A DNA stretch of 64,000 nt, taken from the NCBI RefSeq assembly GCF_009914755.1, contig NC_060928.1; one strand, 5' to 3'. Positions 27,200-40,650 of the stretch are shown in pieces (position 1 is the first letter of the stretch; the number at the start of each line of letters is the position of its first letter). Source of the DNA: the human T2T-CHM13v2.0 reference genome, Homo sapiens. The notes beneath the pieces are model-generated. The model saw only the letters and a program-made list of their open reading frames with translations. It was not told the DNA's origin and ran no database searches. Made by a program: the position numbers and the translations under genes.

Positions 27200-27800
27200 T
27201 CAGATAAAGAAAATAGCATTGAAGAATTCTATGCACTCCCCAATAATAGTGCTTTCCAGAGATGGATGAAGAGTTTAGTGAAGATGAGGAAGCATCCGAG
27301 GGACTGGCAGGAGACAAGACTACAGGAGTTGGAGTTGGTGTCACTTGATGAAGCACCTTTTGCTCCATGTGAAAGGTTTACACATATGGAGTGTCAATGA
27401 AAAACTGTAGGCAGAAAAATAGCTACATGAGATTTATGGTTTGGAAAAATTGTTCTCCTTATTACATGGAGAGTGGGTTTTAGAAAATAAAGAACACAGG
27501 TGAAATTCATAAAGTTGTTCCAGTGATTCAGCTATAAACTGATGAAGCTTGACCTAGGGTAATATGAGAGAGAAAGGAGAGAAATAGACACTAGACATTG
27601 ATAATGTAGAATTTTAGCTCCACGTGTCTGTCTGAATGTAGGAGGTAATGAAAGCATGACCTCGAGGAGTGATATGGGTGGGAAGGATGGTTTTACTTTC
27701 TGAAACATGGAAAACAGGAAGAAAAACAACCATGATTTGACCTTTAGATGTAGCGCTCAGGGAAGATGTCTTGTTTGGAATCTATTTATTTTCTCAAAGT
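27200..27800 (-). mobile_element. Degenerate L2 remnant
   Basis: Purine-rich L2-like blocks (gatgaagcttgacctagggt...gagagaaatagac). Boundaries approximate. Confidence 0.4.
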
Positions 27801-29285
27801 ATTACTTGAACATCTATGATGAGCTTTACATAAAAAGCAGAAAAAAATCTGTAAAAAATCTAATATTTGCTTATTCTTTGCTCTGGTATTTCTTTATTAT
27901 TTTAATGATTTCACGGAAATTATTGCCATTACTAGCAGTTTAATTTGCACTTACTTCCAGTGACATGAGGTGTAATTTTTCTCATGGAAAAAAGGAATTA
28001 CTGAAAACTGGAATAATAAAGAGCTTCTAGGTGGTCCTTAGAATCACTTATCTCATGTTAGTGCTTACTATTTTCTTATGAATACCTCCTATATTATTTT
28101 CTGTCTGATGGTCTTTTGTCAGGACAGATGTGACTAAAGCAAATACAAAGCAGTGGGCTCTCTTTTTTCAGTACTCTTCCTCAATATTATGTCAGCCAAG
28201 CAAGCCTTAATTCTATCATTCTTTGTTCACCTATTTTGACTACATTTAACAAATCAATAATTGTAATTTTCAAAAATTATTTATGTTCATTAAATACAAT
28301 CAATTGATTTGAAACTTTGGCTCTGCTGATTTTATTTTTGATATCTGTAAACGAGGCACAAATATTATTTTTTCCCTTCTATGTCAATTGGCCATCAGAA
28401 ATTCCTCATAAGGTCATAAGTGTGAATTGAGGGGAAAGTGGCAATGTAGAAGAAATTGTTGTAAAGGTCTAAGTAACTAGTCCATTAAACTAACTTGTGC
28501 CTTTTGGTCCTGCTCAAACGTAATGTATTATAAAGCATTTCCACTTAATGATATGTGTAAGACCCAATGTATGGCTTGGTAGAGTCCATTACATCTATGA
28601 CATCAGGTCATCTGCTCATTTGGTATTTAGAATTAGGCATTCAATTTCCACCACAGCTTAAAAGAAAACTAGCAGTTGTTGCTTATAAGAATTATCTGAA
28701 AAGAAGGTGTCTTTTCTCAAACCTTAGCTGAATTATGGTACTAATATTGGGATATTTCAAAGCCACCAAAGAACATTTCTCTGTTCCACAGAAAATCTGA
28801 GTAAAACTGAATAAGTTTGATTGTAATGTTGAAGTGTGAGATATGCCTTATGGCACTCTGGAATTGCGGCAGAGCCTTTGTTGCTGCAGTCTCCACTCAC
28901 AATTGCAAGTGCCATGGCTTACTTTGTAAATGGGTCAGAATTGCATACTCAAATGTCTCATGTTTTTTCCTTAAATATCCAATTGTTTTTACCAAGATTT
29001 TGTAACAGTTTGTCTTTCACCTTGGGAAAAGTGGGACATCATTCTCTATATATTGCTGGATCCCCAGAAACTTCATTGAGATAGCAGGTCCCTGAATTTC
29101 CTGGCATTTATCTTCTTTCTAGTCTATATGAGTCTTAACAAACACTCTAAAATACGTGCTAGTTTTTGCTCATTAGGTCCAATCACCTTAATGCCAGCAG
29201 CATTACAGACAATAGTAACATTCTGTGGAATGCTAGTGTGATGTTCTGTGTAATGTCTGTCTTGATGGTAGGTATCTTTGTAGTC

Positions 29286-31556
29286 TGTATTAGTTCATTT
29301 CCATGCTGCTGATAAAGACATACACAAGACTGGGCAATTTACAAAAGAAAAAGTTTTAATGGACTTAAAGTTTCATATGGCTGGGGAGGCCTCACAAACA
29401 TGGCAGGATGCAAGAAGGAGCAAGTCATGTCTTACATGGATGGCAGCAGGCAAAGAGAGAGCTTGTGCAGGGAAACTCCCATTGTAATACCATCAGATCT
29501 CATGAGACTTATTTGCTATCATGAGAATAGCATGGGAAAGACCTGCCTCCATGATTCAATTACCTCCCACCAGGTCCCTCCCACAACATGTGAGAATTCA
29601 AGATGAGATTTAGGTGGGGACACAGCCAAATCATTTAATTCTGCCCCTGGCCCCTCCTAAATTTCATGTCCTCACATTTCAAAACCAATCACGCCTTCCC
29701 AACAGTCCCTCAATGTCTTAACTTGTTTCAGCATTAACTCAAAAGTCCACAGTCCAACATCTCATCTGAGACAAGGCAAGTCCCTTTTGCCTATGAGCCT
29801 ATAAAATCAAAGCAGATTGATTGATTTATCCAATGCTTGTACCCCACATTGATAGATACAATACAATGTAGATTGTAGATAGATACAATACAATGTATCT
29901 ATCATTGTGGGGTACAAGCATTGGGTAAATACAGCCATTCCAAAGGGGGAGAAATTGGCCAAAACAAAGGGGCTACGGTCGCATCCAAGTATGAAATCCA
30001 GTAGGGCAGTCAACTCTTAAATCTCCAAAATGATCTCTTTTGACTACTTTTCTTACGTCCGGGTCATGCTAATGCAAGAAGTGGGATCCCCTGCTCTTGG
30101 GCAGCTCTGCCTATGTGGCTTTGCCAGGTACAGCCTCCTTCCCAGCTGCTTTCATGGGCTGGCATTAAGTGTCTGTCTATTTTCCAGGTGCATGGTGTAA
30201 GCTGTAAGTGTATCTACTTTCTGAGGTCTGGAGGATGGTGGCACTCTTCTCATAGCTCCACTAGGCAGTGCCCCGGTAGGGATTCTCTGTGGGGGCTCCA
30301 ACATCCAAGAGTTTCTATACATCCTCTGAAATCTAAGCAGGGGTTTCCAAACCCCAATTCTTGACTTCTATACACTCACAGGCTCAACACCATGTGGATG
30401 CTGCCGAGGCTTGGGGCCTACACCTTCTGAAGCCATGGCCCAAGCTCTATGTTGGCACCTTTCAGCCATGGCTGGAGTGTCTGGGACGCAAGGGACCAAG
30501 TCCCTAGACTGAACACAGCACAGGGGCCCAGGGCCCAGCCCATAAAACCATTTTTCCTCCTAGCCTTCTGGGCCTGTGATGGGAGGGGCTTCTCTGAAGA
30601 CCTCTGACATGCCCTGGAGACATTTCCCCCATTGTCTTGGGGATTAACATTTGGCTTCTTGTTACTTATGCAAATTTCTGCAGCCTGCTTGAATTTCTCC
30701 TCCAAAAATTGGATTTTCTGTTCTATCACATTGTTGGACTGCAAATTTTCTGAACATTTATACTCTGCTTCCCATATAAAATTGAATGCCTTTAACAGCA
30801 CCCAAGTCATCTTTTGAATGCTTTGCTGCTAAGAAATTTCTTCCACCAGACACCCTAAATCATCTTTCTCAACTTCAAAGTTCCACAAATCTATAGGGTA
30901 GGGGCAAAATGCTGCCAGGCTGTTTGCTAAAATATAACAAAAGTCATCTTTGCTCCAGTTCCTGATGAGTTCTTGATCTCCATTTGAGACCAACTTAGTC
31001 TGTATTTCATTGTACATATCATTATCAGCATTTTGGTCAAAGAAACTCAACAAATCTCTAGAAAGTTCCAAACTTTCCCACAGTTTCCTGCCTTCTTTTG
31101 AGCCCTCCAAACTGTTCCAATCTCTGCCTCTTACCCAGTTCCAAATTTGTTCCCACATTTTTGGGTATCTTTTCAGCAACACTGCATTCTACTGGTACCA
31201 ATTTACTGTATTAGTCCATTTTCACCCTACTAATAAAAGCACACCAAAGATTGGACAATTTTGAAAAGAAAGAAGTTTAATGGACTTACAGTTCCACATG
31301 GCTGGGATGCTTCACAATCATGACAGAAGGCAAGGAGGAGCAAGTCACAACTTATATGGATGGCAGCAGTCAGGGAGAGCTTGTGCAGGGAAACTCCCCT
31401 TATAATACCATCAGATCTCATGAGACTTATTTGCTATCATAAGAACAGTATGGGAAAGAGCTGCCCCCATGATTCAATTACATCCCACTGGGTCCCTCCC
31501 ACAACACATGGGAATTCAAGATGCAATTTGGGTGGAGACACAGTGAAACCATATCA
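29286..31556 (-). mobile_element. Full-length THE1B-like MaLR element (LTR 29286-29638, internal 29639-31206, LTR 31207-31556)
   Basis: Two homologous ~350-bp LTRs (tgtattagt... ends) around a THE1-int body (MLLKRYPKMW.. remnant). Polypurine-tract complement ttctgcccctggcccctcc. Perfect 5-bp TSD tagtc at 29281-29285 and 31557-31561. Confidence 0.95.
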
Positions 31557-32697
31557 TAGTCTACTGTGGCACTGATCATAAGATTTGAATGAATCCAAAG
31601 GTAAAACTCTAAAGATGTACTGCTATATTTTCCATGTAAAAGTAAATGGTTTTTATTTGTATCTGGCATAGAGAGAGTCCACTCACTAGTATCACAGCTA
31701 GATATCAGTAGGTAGGGTCTATGTTGAATTGTTCTCTGAAACAGCAGCAGTAATTGGAATCAGAACATAAATAAATTATACTAACTCGGAGGAATTTTTC
31801 AAGATCATTTTCCACACACAAGCCAAATAGGCAAGTTAAATAGAAATATGATAGGCATGACCACTCCAAAATCTTTCAAGTTCTTGATGGAGAAATTAAT
31901 CTCTGAAATACCATAAGGAATGACATATTCTACTATTTGAGAGGTAGAGTTGAGATAAACTCCATTTATTCCCTTTACCACTATAAGTCTTACTGTGACT
32001 GGTTGACTATAGGAGCATCCTGATTCTTCAGGCTTAATGTTATTTCAGAGATAGTGTCAAGTAATTCACAAAAAAATTGATTGTTTTACCTTCTTCATTG
32101 ATAAGACACCCAGATAAATGGCATCCAGTGCCTTTAGAAAATGCTAGGAGAAAAATGTACAGTTTAAATTTTTGATTGAATAACAGAATATTTTCTCAAG
32201 AAGAAAGAGATCTTTCATTTGAGGGGCTCTGGGCTTATGAACAGTTTTATATCTAGAAATTTTGAGACACAATCTCTCTCCATTGCAGTTTAAAAAATTA
32301 GACCTATTTTCAAATAATGTAGAGCTTTTCTGCTTACACAAATCAAGTAATAATTTAGTAGAATGGCTATCTCTTCCAGTTCTGGGAATGCTATGATGTA
32401 TAAGCTCATGACAAAGATATCTAAAAATAAAAACATTCAGATTATGACTTTCAATCTGTATCCAACTATAGTAACTATTCTCACCTTATCTTTAGCATTT
32501 AAGTGCCACCACATGGCCCACATAACCCCGGGACCCTAACTTTCTCACTGAATTCAAGAAGCCCAGTCCCCACAATTATTGTGTTGATATTTTTTTCATA
32601 GTTCTCTCCTAGAATGTTAGGCCTCCCCTCACCAATGTATTTCTCACAGCTTTGTTGATATATGAGCCGCTATAGTAAGGGCACGTGTTGAACAGCT

Positions 32698-33036
32698 TAC
32701 TATGAACTGAATTTTGTTCCTCCAAATTCATATGTTGAAGCCCTAACTCCCAGTGTGAAAGTATTAGAAGGTGGGGTACTTGGGAGGCAATTAGGTTTAG
32801 ATTAGGTCATGAGGGTGGAGTCCTCATGATGGGATTAGTCTGCTTTTAAAAAGAGACACCAAGGAAATTGCTTCCTCCCTTTCTCTCCATCAGAACACAC
32901 CAAAAAAAACAAAAGCAAACAAAGACAAACAACAACAACAACAACAACAACAACAAAAAGCCTTGTGATAAGACAGAAACCCAAGGAGAGAGTCCTTACT
33001 AGATAACAACCATGCTAGCACCTCGATCCTGGACTT
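32698..33036 (+). mobile_element. MLT1A-type MaLR LTR (partial) with internal (CAA)n
   Basis: ccaaattcatatgttgaagccctaactcccagtgtga...ggtcatgagggtggagtcctcatgatgggattag...catgctagcacctcgatcctggactt. Confidence 0.8.
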
Positions 33037-35461
33037 GTCAGGAGTAAAGTGAGAACTAGTTAGGGAAAATTAAGAAGTTTCCAGAATCTCTGATTATTAT
33101 ACCACCTAAACAAACTTGTCCCAATTCAACATATATTATTTCCAACCCAATCCAGCTCTTAGGGGTCTTATGCATTTTCCAGGTTTTGCTATATAAATTA
33201 ACATCTTGTAATTATTTTTGTCATAATTAGCACCTCTCCCCAGGTCATACTTATACCTGACCCCTTGAAGCCTGTGAGAATTTGAGTTCAGCCTAGAAGT
33301 AATGAGAAGTGGTAGTGGTAGGTCCTGAGGATCAACCCGATGCATAAAAACTATGGCAGAGAAAAGATGCTGGGGCAAGAGGAAACTAACCACATTGGAC
33401 AGGACATAAGGGCTACTTCTATGGCGAATGCTCATAGAAAACCTTTAAACATTCAAGGTCTTAAGTTTTGTTTGAATTTTGCAATAATTATATGAAAATG
33501 AATTCTGAAGCTACAGGTATGGATTAAGGGAGAGTTGACAATGTAGCATCAAATGAACCGGGAAGAAAAATATCGTATCATGCAACCTGCTTGTGCTTCT
33601 AATACCTGTTTGAGTTCAAAATTGTATGTACATTTACCATAATGATGACTATGTTTTATGTATTTTTCCTTGTTGGATCAGCTTACACTTACCTAGTGCT
33701 TATAAAAGACATCTCTGGTTGCAAAGTCACTTGAAGTTTCATACTCACATTTTCAGTCTCTTGGAGGCTGTTAGTAAGCTAAGGGAATAAGGCATGTCTT
33801 TGTATCAAACCACAAAGGAAGGTATAGTTTCCTAATTCAGAATTGCCTCAGCCTTCATGAGGTATTCTTGCCACACATACATTGAATACAATTAAATATG
33901 CTTATCTCTAAGGAAAAAGCAGCATATCAACTTCTCTTCCTGCTTAGACCATTTAAGAACCTTTCTCTTTTCCTTTCTTTGGGCCTCACTCTAGATAGTC
34001 AGTAAATTCATGGTTCCAGCACTACCTAACGTATTTTCCATACACCTTTCCTTAGTCCAGCATCATCAGAATATGTTTAAACATATATTACCTAAGGATC
34101 TTCATCAGGATAAATATGCAAAATCTTATAGTCATTTTCATTCCTAAGCCTTTTTCTCCTGGCTTGATTTTGTAAATGAGCCAATGTGACAAGTTAGATT
34201 CTGATTCCAATTGTTGGCAAAGAAGCAATGAGGGTTGGAAGGAATGCAGCATAAGGAAATTTACATTTCTTTACAAAACAACCACTTCTATCAGTGCCAG
34301 AACAAGATTTTCTTGAAAATATAACCTCATATCATCCCATATTATGACTTGGACATAAACAAGATTATACCACACATCGAGCATTGAGGTTGTAATTACT
34401 GCATGGTGTATGTGTGTAGAAAATAAGTCATGACTTGATATAAAGTATAAATTCTGTTTTAGCACATCCATACTTTCCAAGCAATATCAGAAGTACCATG
34501 ACTTAAAGGAAATTTATATTTTAAGATGAACCAAAAGAGTAAGCTCTCTAAACAAATGTCTTACAATATTTATATTTGATTACAATGCATATTCTTCTTT
34601 TCTTCAGGATATATGCAATCATAATGATAACACTAATAAACTCTTTAATGGATAGTAAGTAAACAGATTACTTATAATATGGCTTTGAGAAGCACTTTAG
34701 TATAGAAAGAAGTCATTAGGGGAGAAACTTAACCAGAAGACTGTTACGATTGAGCCTTACTTCTTAATGCCTCATCATAAGAAGAGTCTGAACAAGTGTT
34801 ATATTTTGAAGAAGAAAGGCAGAGTTTTTAAAGAGTATTAAGAGTTTTAATTAGTACTTTCAGCAATAGTTAGTCAAAGATGGACTTCAGAATGAGAGCA
34901 ATTATTCTTTCACTTCAGCATCCCTTTGGCAATTTGGTTTTACTGAAGTGAAGAGAAAACGAACAGATAGGTCTACGGTGAGGGAAAAATTGGGGAAGGT
35001 GGCATTCTAAGGTCAGTGGCAATCTTTTAGTCCTTCAATTACCTTTCACCCTTATCTTTGAAGTAGAGTCAAAGTCTGTGCTTTTATGAAGGAGGAGAAT
35101 TGGGTATCTGTGCACTTTCTTTAAGGTATGATTCTGTTCTTCCTAAGATAAGAACCACTCACTGGATACTAATAGCACTGACAACTTTTTTTGTGATGTG
35201 AAATAAGAGTAATAGGTTTACATTTTAAAATATTAACTTATGTAGATTTTAAATTTTGGGTAATTTCTGATTCTTTTGGGCTTTCCACCTGCAGCTCAAT
35301 GAGGATGCAACTCAAGAAAAAAACAGGAGAGAGTAAATTAACTTTGTCCTTCAAGATAGCTTTTCCAAAACAGACTTAGGAAACTCCTAAGCAAGGATGA
35401 TAGTCACAAATTGATTGCAAGAGCCATCCACTTAAGAGAAAAAAGAAATGTTCTGATCTCC

Positions 35462-35704
35462 CAAAGCTAAAGTCTTCAAACTCATTAGAAGTAGGGAATG
35501 CAATGGTTGTTGCTGTAGACTGAGGGGAAGGGGAAATGAGAGTTGCTCCTGTTCAATATGTATAAAGTTTTTGTTATGTGAGATAAAAAAGTTTTAGAGA
35601 TCTGCTGTACAACATTGAGCTTATGGTTAACAATAATGTACTTGTAAAATCTCAAATTTGTTAAGAGGGTAGATATGTTATCTTTTATTAACTGCAATAA
35701 AAAA
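35462..35704 (+). mobile_element. L1MA/L1MB-type 3'UTR fragment
   Basis: tagagatctgctgtacaacat...aaatttgttaagagggtagat...aataaaaaa. Confidence 0.8.
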
Positions 35705-38700
35705 TATGAGAAAAGTTTGAAGGAAAAGGGGAGCAAGTTGAATCCTTATTAGATAAACAAATATTCTCTATTTATAATTTGGAAACACTTTTCTAAGACT
35801 CATCGAACAAGTACATTCCCATTCCCCTTAAGATTTCTTAGATAAGTTATAGATTATAGCAGAATGAAGTGTCTTCTTTGTCATTTTGGCTTACCGGAGA
35901 AAATTTAACGAGCCACGAGAGAGAGAGAGAGATGCCGTTCTCCATGTCATATACCCTGAATGAACAAATTGAAATAAATTGGATAAGTTATAAAAAAGTG
36001 TGTTATTGTTACAAGAATGTGGGAAGTTCATATCTGGTGTATTCAAGCAGTATTTTTTAAGACAGAAGATAAGTCTCATTGATGAACTATTAAAAAATAC
36101 TAACATTTTAAGACATTTTTCTTAACTTTCTCTATAACATTAATGAATTATTTCATATCTATAAAATAGAAGAATTTATAACTTTTAATAAAGAAACATT
36201 ATTTTAAAATGTTAGTGTATGTCTTGTCTGTTTTGACCATGTTTTCTAATGTGCTGTCAGCAACCCCAAACTAGAATGATGCAAAGAATGCACAAAGAAC
36301 ATAATGGCAGCTTCTTATGCTGCATAGCTATCAGACAAAATAATCAAGAATCAGTGTGAGATAAACCTAATCAATTGTACCTGAACACATGATTAATTTT
36401 CAAGAAATTAATTTTAATTAATTAATTATATCAGTTTAAGATGTCTTTAAAAGTATGTTACTCATACCTCATAAGTACTCATAAATAAAATTCTTTTTGT
36501 TTCATAGTCACATATCAAAAGTTGTCAAGTTATCTTACAAGTATTGAAATGTATTATCTTTATTATGGATATTGCTATGATTGTGACATTTCCAGAAAAG
36601 CAGAATTATAGTTATTTGTGTTTTTGTTCAGGCAACACAGAGTTCATACAAACTGATTGAAATTACAAATATATTTCCAGTTACAGATTATTTTTCACAT
36701 ATTAATATTATTAATTTTATTCACCTTGGAGGTAGTTTTGCAATTTTTAAGCATTTTGCCTTCTTTACTGAGTTGTTGTATGGAATATTCAGTGAATTAC
36801 GTTTATTCTAGATATTTTTGGAAATTTTTAGATTGTTCTTTCTGTCTTTCAGAGAATTGTCTGAAAGAAATTGATTGCCAACAATTGTTCACAAATTGTT
36901 TCTCCAATATTAGTTTTCATCCACATAGGGACACTTAAGATTTTAAAAACTATTTAAAACGAATTTCAACTTTTACAAATACTTCTACTTTAAAGATAAA
37001 TTCTATCTTTCATCAATGATATTTATATTATCTATTTAAATGTGTTTTTAGCACTTGGTATGCATTTTTTATTCTGCAATTAAGGAAGATTTTACAGTGG
37101 CATTTTAAATACAATTTCTACCACTCCATTTCATTATAGTGCTACAATTTAAAATGATTTTTGCTTTCAAGCTTGAATCTATAGAAAATAGCATGTGCAA
37201 TCTCAGTTTATATTCAGTACATGTTTAGAAATAGGAAATGGATCCAAATGCTAAGAAACACATGCAAAATTTCAAAGCTCTCTCAGAGATTGCAAAAAAC
37301 AAACCCAAATTCTATTAAAAGAATGAAAAATGCTTACCTTTAAATGAAATTTGTAATATCACGCCTGTGATATAACAATTATAGATAATTGGAAATCTTG
37401 CTAGAAGTACTCACTTTAAGCAAAATTGTTATTCTGAACAATTTTTTTATTTTGATAAATTTATAGAATGAACCAGATTCTTTAAAACTATTTCACCTAT
37501 GTTTAGGTAAAATAATTCTACATTTGCTGGTGTCAGTCCCGAATTTCAAAGTTATTAGGAGATAAAATACTGTTCAAGGTAATTTCTCATAAAATCACTT
37601 TTTTCCCTCTAATCTTTATGTGGCATAGAAGGACCTCAGAACATATATAAACACAGTTTTCACTTTATCATTTCACTTTATACACTTTATCATTTACAAA
37701 AGTTTAATTTCCTGTGAATAGGGAAGGTAGAAAAAAATGAATATTTATTTCCCTTTGGTGGCAAAAGAAATAATTAAATCCAGATTTATTAAATTATTTC
37801 TTTATTTTAAAACATGTCCTTTCTTTTTACTACGGAACATTTAGAGATGGTTTATCTTTCTGGAAATTGTTTGATCACTTCATCGTATAAAGCATAATCT
37901 ATTGTGACACTTACAAAACTGTATGTCAGATAGTAAATTTTAAAAGACATTATTACTAATGGAACAACCTGTCAATTTTTCTTTCCAACTTATATCACCT
38001 TGACAAACAGAGGTTCAGGTTAAGGGATATTTGCAATTGCATAATGCTGAACAAAAGTCAGTTGTATCCGTCTATTAAAATCACTCCCTTTTTCTCTTTC
38101 TTTATTCTTTTTAACCCTTCCTTTTTCTCTTTCTACTCTTCTCTGCCTCTACCTTCTTCTCCTTCTCCTTCATAACATGAGTTGTAGTACTTGAATAATA
38201 AAAATTCATTTAGAAATGCTATATGCCCAAAGAAGAACACATATCTCTATAACAAAAGAAAATATTAGTATAAACAGATTTATCTTAACTTCAGATAACT
38301 GACATTGCTCTCATTGGTCAAACAGCATCAACTTCAAATGAATGTCCTTCATAATCATTGAGTCACCATTTTTCGACGTCATTTGGTGATGAAGACTGTA
38401 GTAAGTATCATGATGGAGTTGTGATATCAAAGTATTAAAATGGAGAAAAATACATCATTTATAAAGTAAGAAACAAAATTTGGAAAGAAAGGAAAACTAT
38501 TTGTAGAAACAATATTTACATATAAAGAAAACAAAATTATAGACAATTAAAACTAGGGAAAATATTTAGGAGCTCCTCTGGAGCTTACTCTTAAATTATT
38601 GATTTTATTTATCTAGGTATTTCATCTAATAGATATTTCAGCCTACATTTATATCTGAAAGATTTCATAGCACTTTAAGATTTAATAACATTGAGATTAT

Positions 38701-39199
38701 ATAAATATAACAAAGTAAAAATATATTAAAAGCTAGATAAAAGGGACTGACCAAAATTGTGAAGCCTCAGTGAGGAATGAATTCTGGCTTTTCTATCAAA
38801 TGTGTTTTACAGTGTGTAATCCATACTTGAACCCTTTGTTTAATATTTCAAATCCTATTATACTTTTTAAATTTTCCAATTATTAAAATTTAATGTTACA
38901 TCACATTTTACCTTTAAAGTATTTCATAATTGTGCTATCTATTGCTCTCTAACATTTGTATATGTTGTCCTTGTCTGATATTTCTAACATTTTGAATGAT
39001 AATTATATCTTAACTACAGATTAGTCTAAGAATGTCAAACCCATTTTCAATTTGAGCAAGTCAAGTTCTCCTAAGGTGAACTTTCCTCTTCTCACCTCTG
39101 AAATCAATGTCACTTCAATGTCTCTTTGAAATCTCAAACTTGACTGTGTAAACAAATAACAGAAATACTACTATAAATATATATTTCTTAGAGAGGAGT

Positions 39200-40650
39200 T
39201 TGGCAACTGCTATTTTTCAGCAGTTTGAATATGATATTTCTGAGTGCGTGTATGTATGCACGTGTGTGTGCCTGTGCCTGTGTGTGGTATTTTTTCTTTC
39301 TTTCTTTTTTTATTATACTTTAAGTTTTAGGGTTCATGTGCACAACGTGCAGGTTTGTTACATATGTATACATGTGCCATGTTGGTGTGCTGCACCCATT
39401 AACTCATCATTTAACATTAGGTATATCTCCTAATGCTATCCCTCCCCACTCTCCCCACCCCACAATAGGCCCCAGTGTGTGATGTATCTTGATTTTCTCT
39501 AACCTCCTCAGATCTGAGGTTAGACGTCTGAAATTAATTTTGGAAAATTATTGGTTATTTTTCTTTCAAATTTTTCTTCTCTCCACTTATCTTTCACTTT
39601 GAGATTTTAATTACACATTTATTATATCATTTGATATTATTCCATGGCTCCCGGATTCTTTGTGAAGACTTTATTTCACCATTTTTATCATTATGCTTTA
39701 TTTCTGTGATTTCTACTAACCTATCTTCAAATTTGTTAATTCTTTTTATGGCTTTGTAAAATCTACTGATCAACTCATAGAATACATTTTTTTTTTATTT
39801 TGGTTACTCTGTTTTGCATTTCTATCAATTACATGTGATTCTTTTTCAGTTTCCATATTTCTGCAGAAATTACTGCTCTGATCTTGCATTTAGTTTATTT
39901 GATGACAACCTTTAAAATATTAATTATAGTTATTATGAATTCACCTCTGATAGTCCCAATATATATAAGTCTGCTTCTGTTCTGCTTTTTTTAATACATC
40001 ATTTTGTAATGTTTCTTGCAATTTTTTATGACTCATAATTGTTTTTGTCAGAAGACATCTTGTATAGTATAGCTGAAGCTTATTTAAATAGTATTTATGC
40101 CCTGAAATGGGCAAATTTTTCCCTTTGCTAGATCTTTAGTATGGGAGTTTGAGTCAGTAAGGTGAGCTTATTTATGTTACTGGGCTCAAATTCTTCTAAG
40201 ATCACTATGTTTAAAATGGAGCCTGAGTTACCAGAGCGCAATTCTCACTCTTTGGTCTATCTGCAGTTTTAGATATCCCTTGTGTTGTGTCTCCACGTTT
40301 GCTGGTGTCTTTGGGACTATGGGTGCTGCTCTAGTATTCTGATCCAACTTCTCTGTTGGACAATTATAATGTCCAACAGTGACAATGTTCTTGCAGGACA
40401 TTGTCAGAGTTCTTGCTACTTCCCAGCTCTACTTCTTGATCAAGCACATATTCCTGCCCTGTCTTAGTGGTAGATTTTTCCTTTTTCCTTTCTTCAGCTG
40501 CAATGGGTTTTCACTGGTACCCAAAGGAGGCAACGTTTTCTGTTGTACCTACAGAAGCTTAAGGTTTTTGCTCAGTAAGAGAGATTTGAGGAAATGGATT
40601 TAGGCAGGATTCTGCGCCTTTACTGCAGCCACCAGTGTTTCTATCCCAGG
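39200..40650 (-). mobile_element. Ancient L1M 5'/ORF1-region remnant, host of the young L1 fragment
   Basis: T-rich antisense ORF1-like blocks (cagcagtttgaatatgat, ttttggaaaattattggttatt, attacacat, ctatcttcaa). Boundaries approximate. Confidence 0.55.
39290..39485 (-). mobile_element. Young, heavily 5'-truncated L1PA3-like 3' end
   Basis: ttattatactttaagttttaggg...catttaacattaggtatatctcctaatgctatccctccccc, very close to young L1PA 3'UTR consensus. Poly-T on the left. Confidence 0.9.

Noticed and set aside
27245-27350. Acceptor-like tttccag followed by a short acidic ORF (MDEEFSEDEEASEG...)
   Set aside because: Only 28 codons, inside purine-rich L2-like sequence, with no matching donor or homology.
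28850-28915. Imperfect hairpin (atggcact...agtgccat)
   Set aside because: Only an 8-bp perfect stem with an irregular interior, which is compatible with chance.
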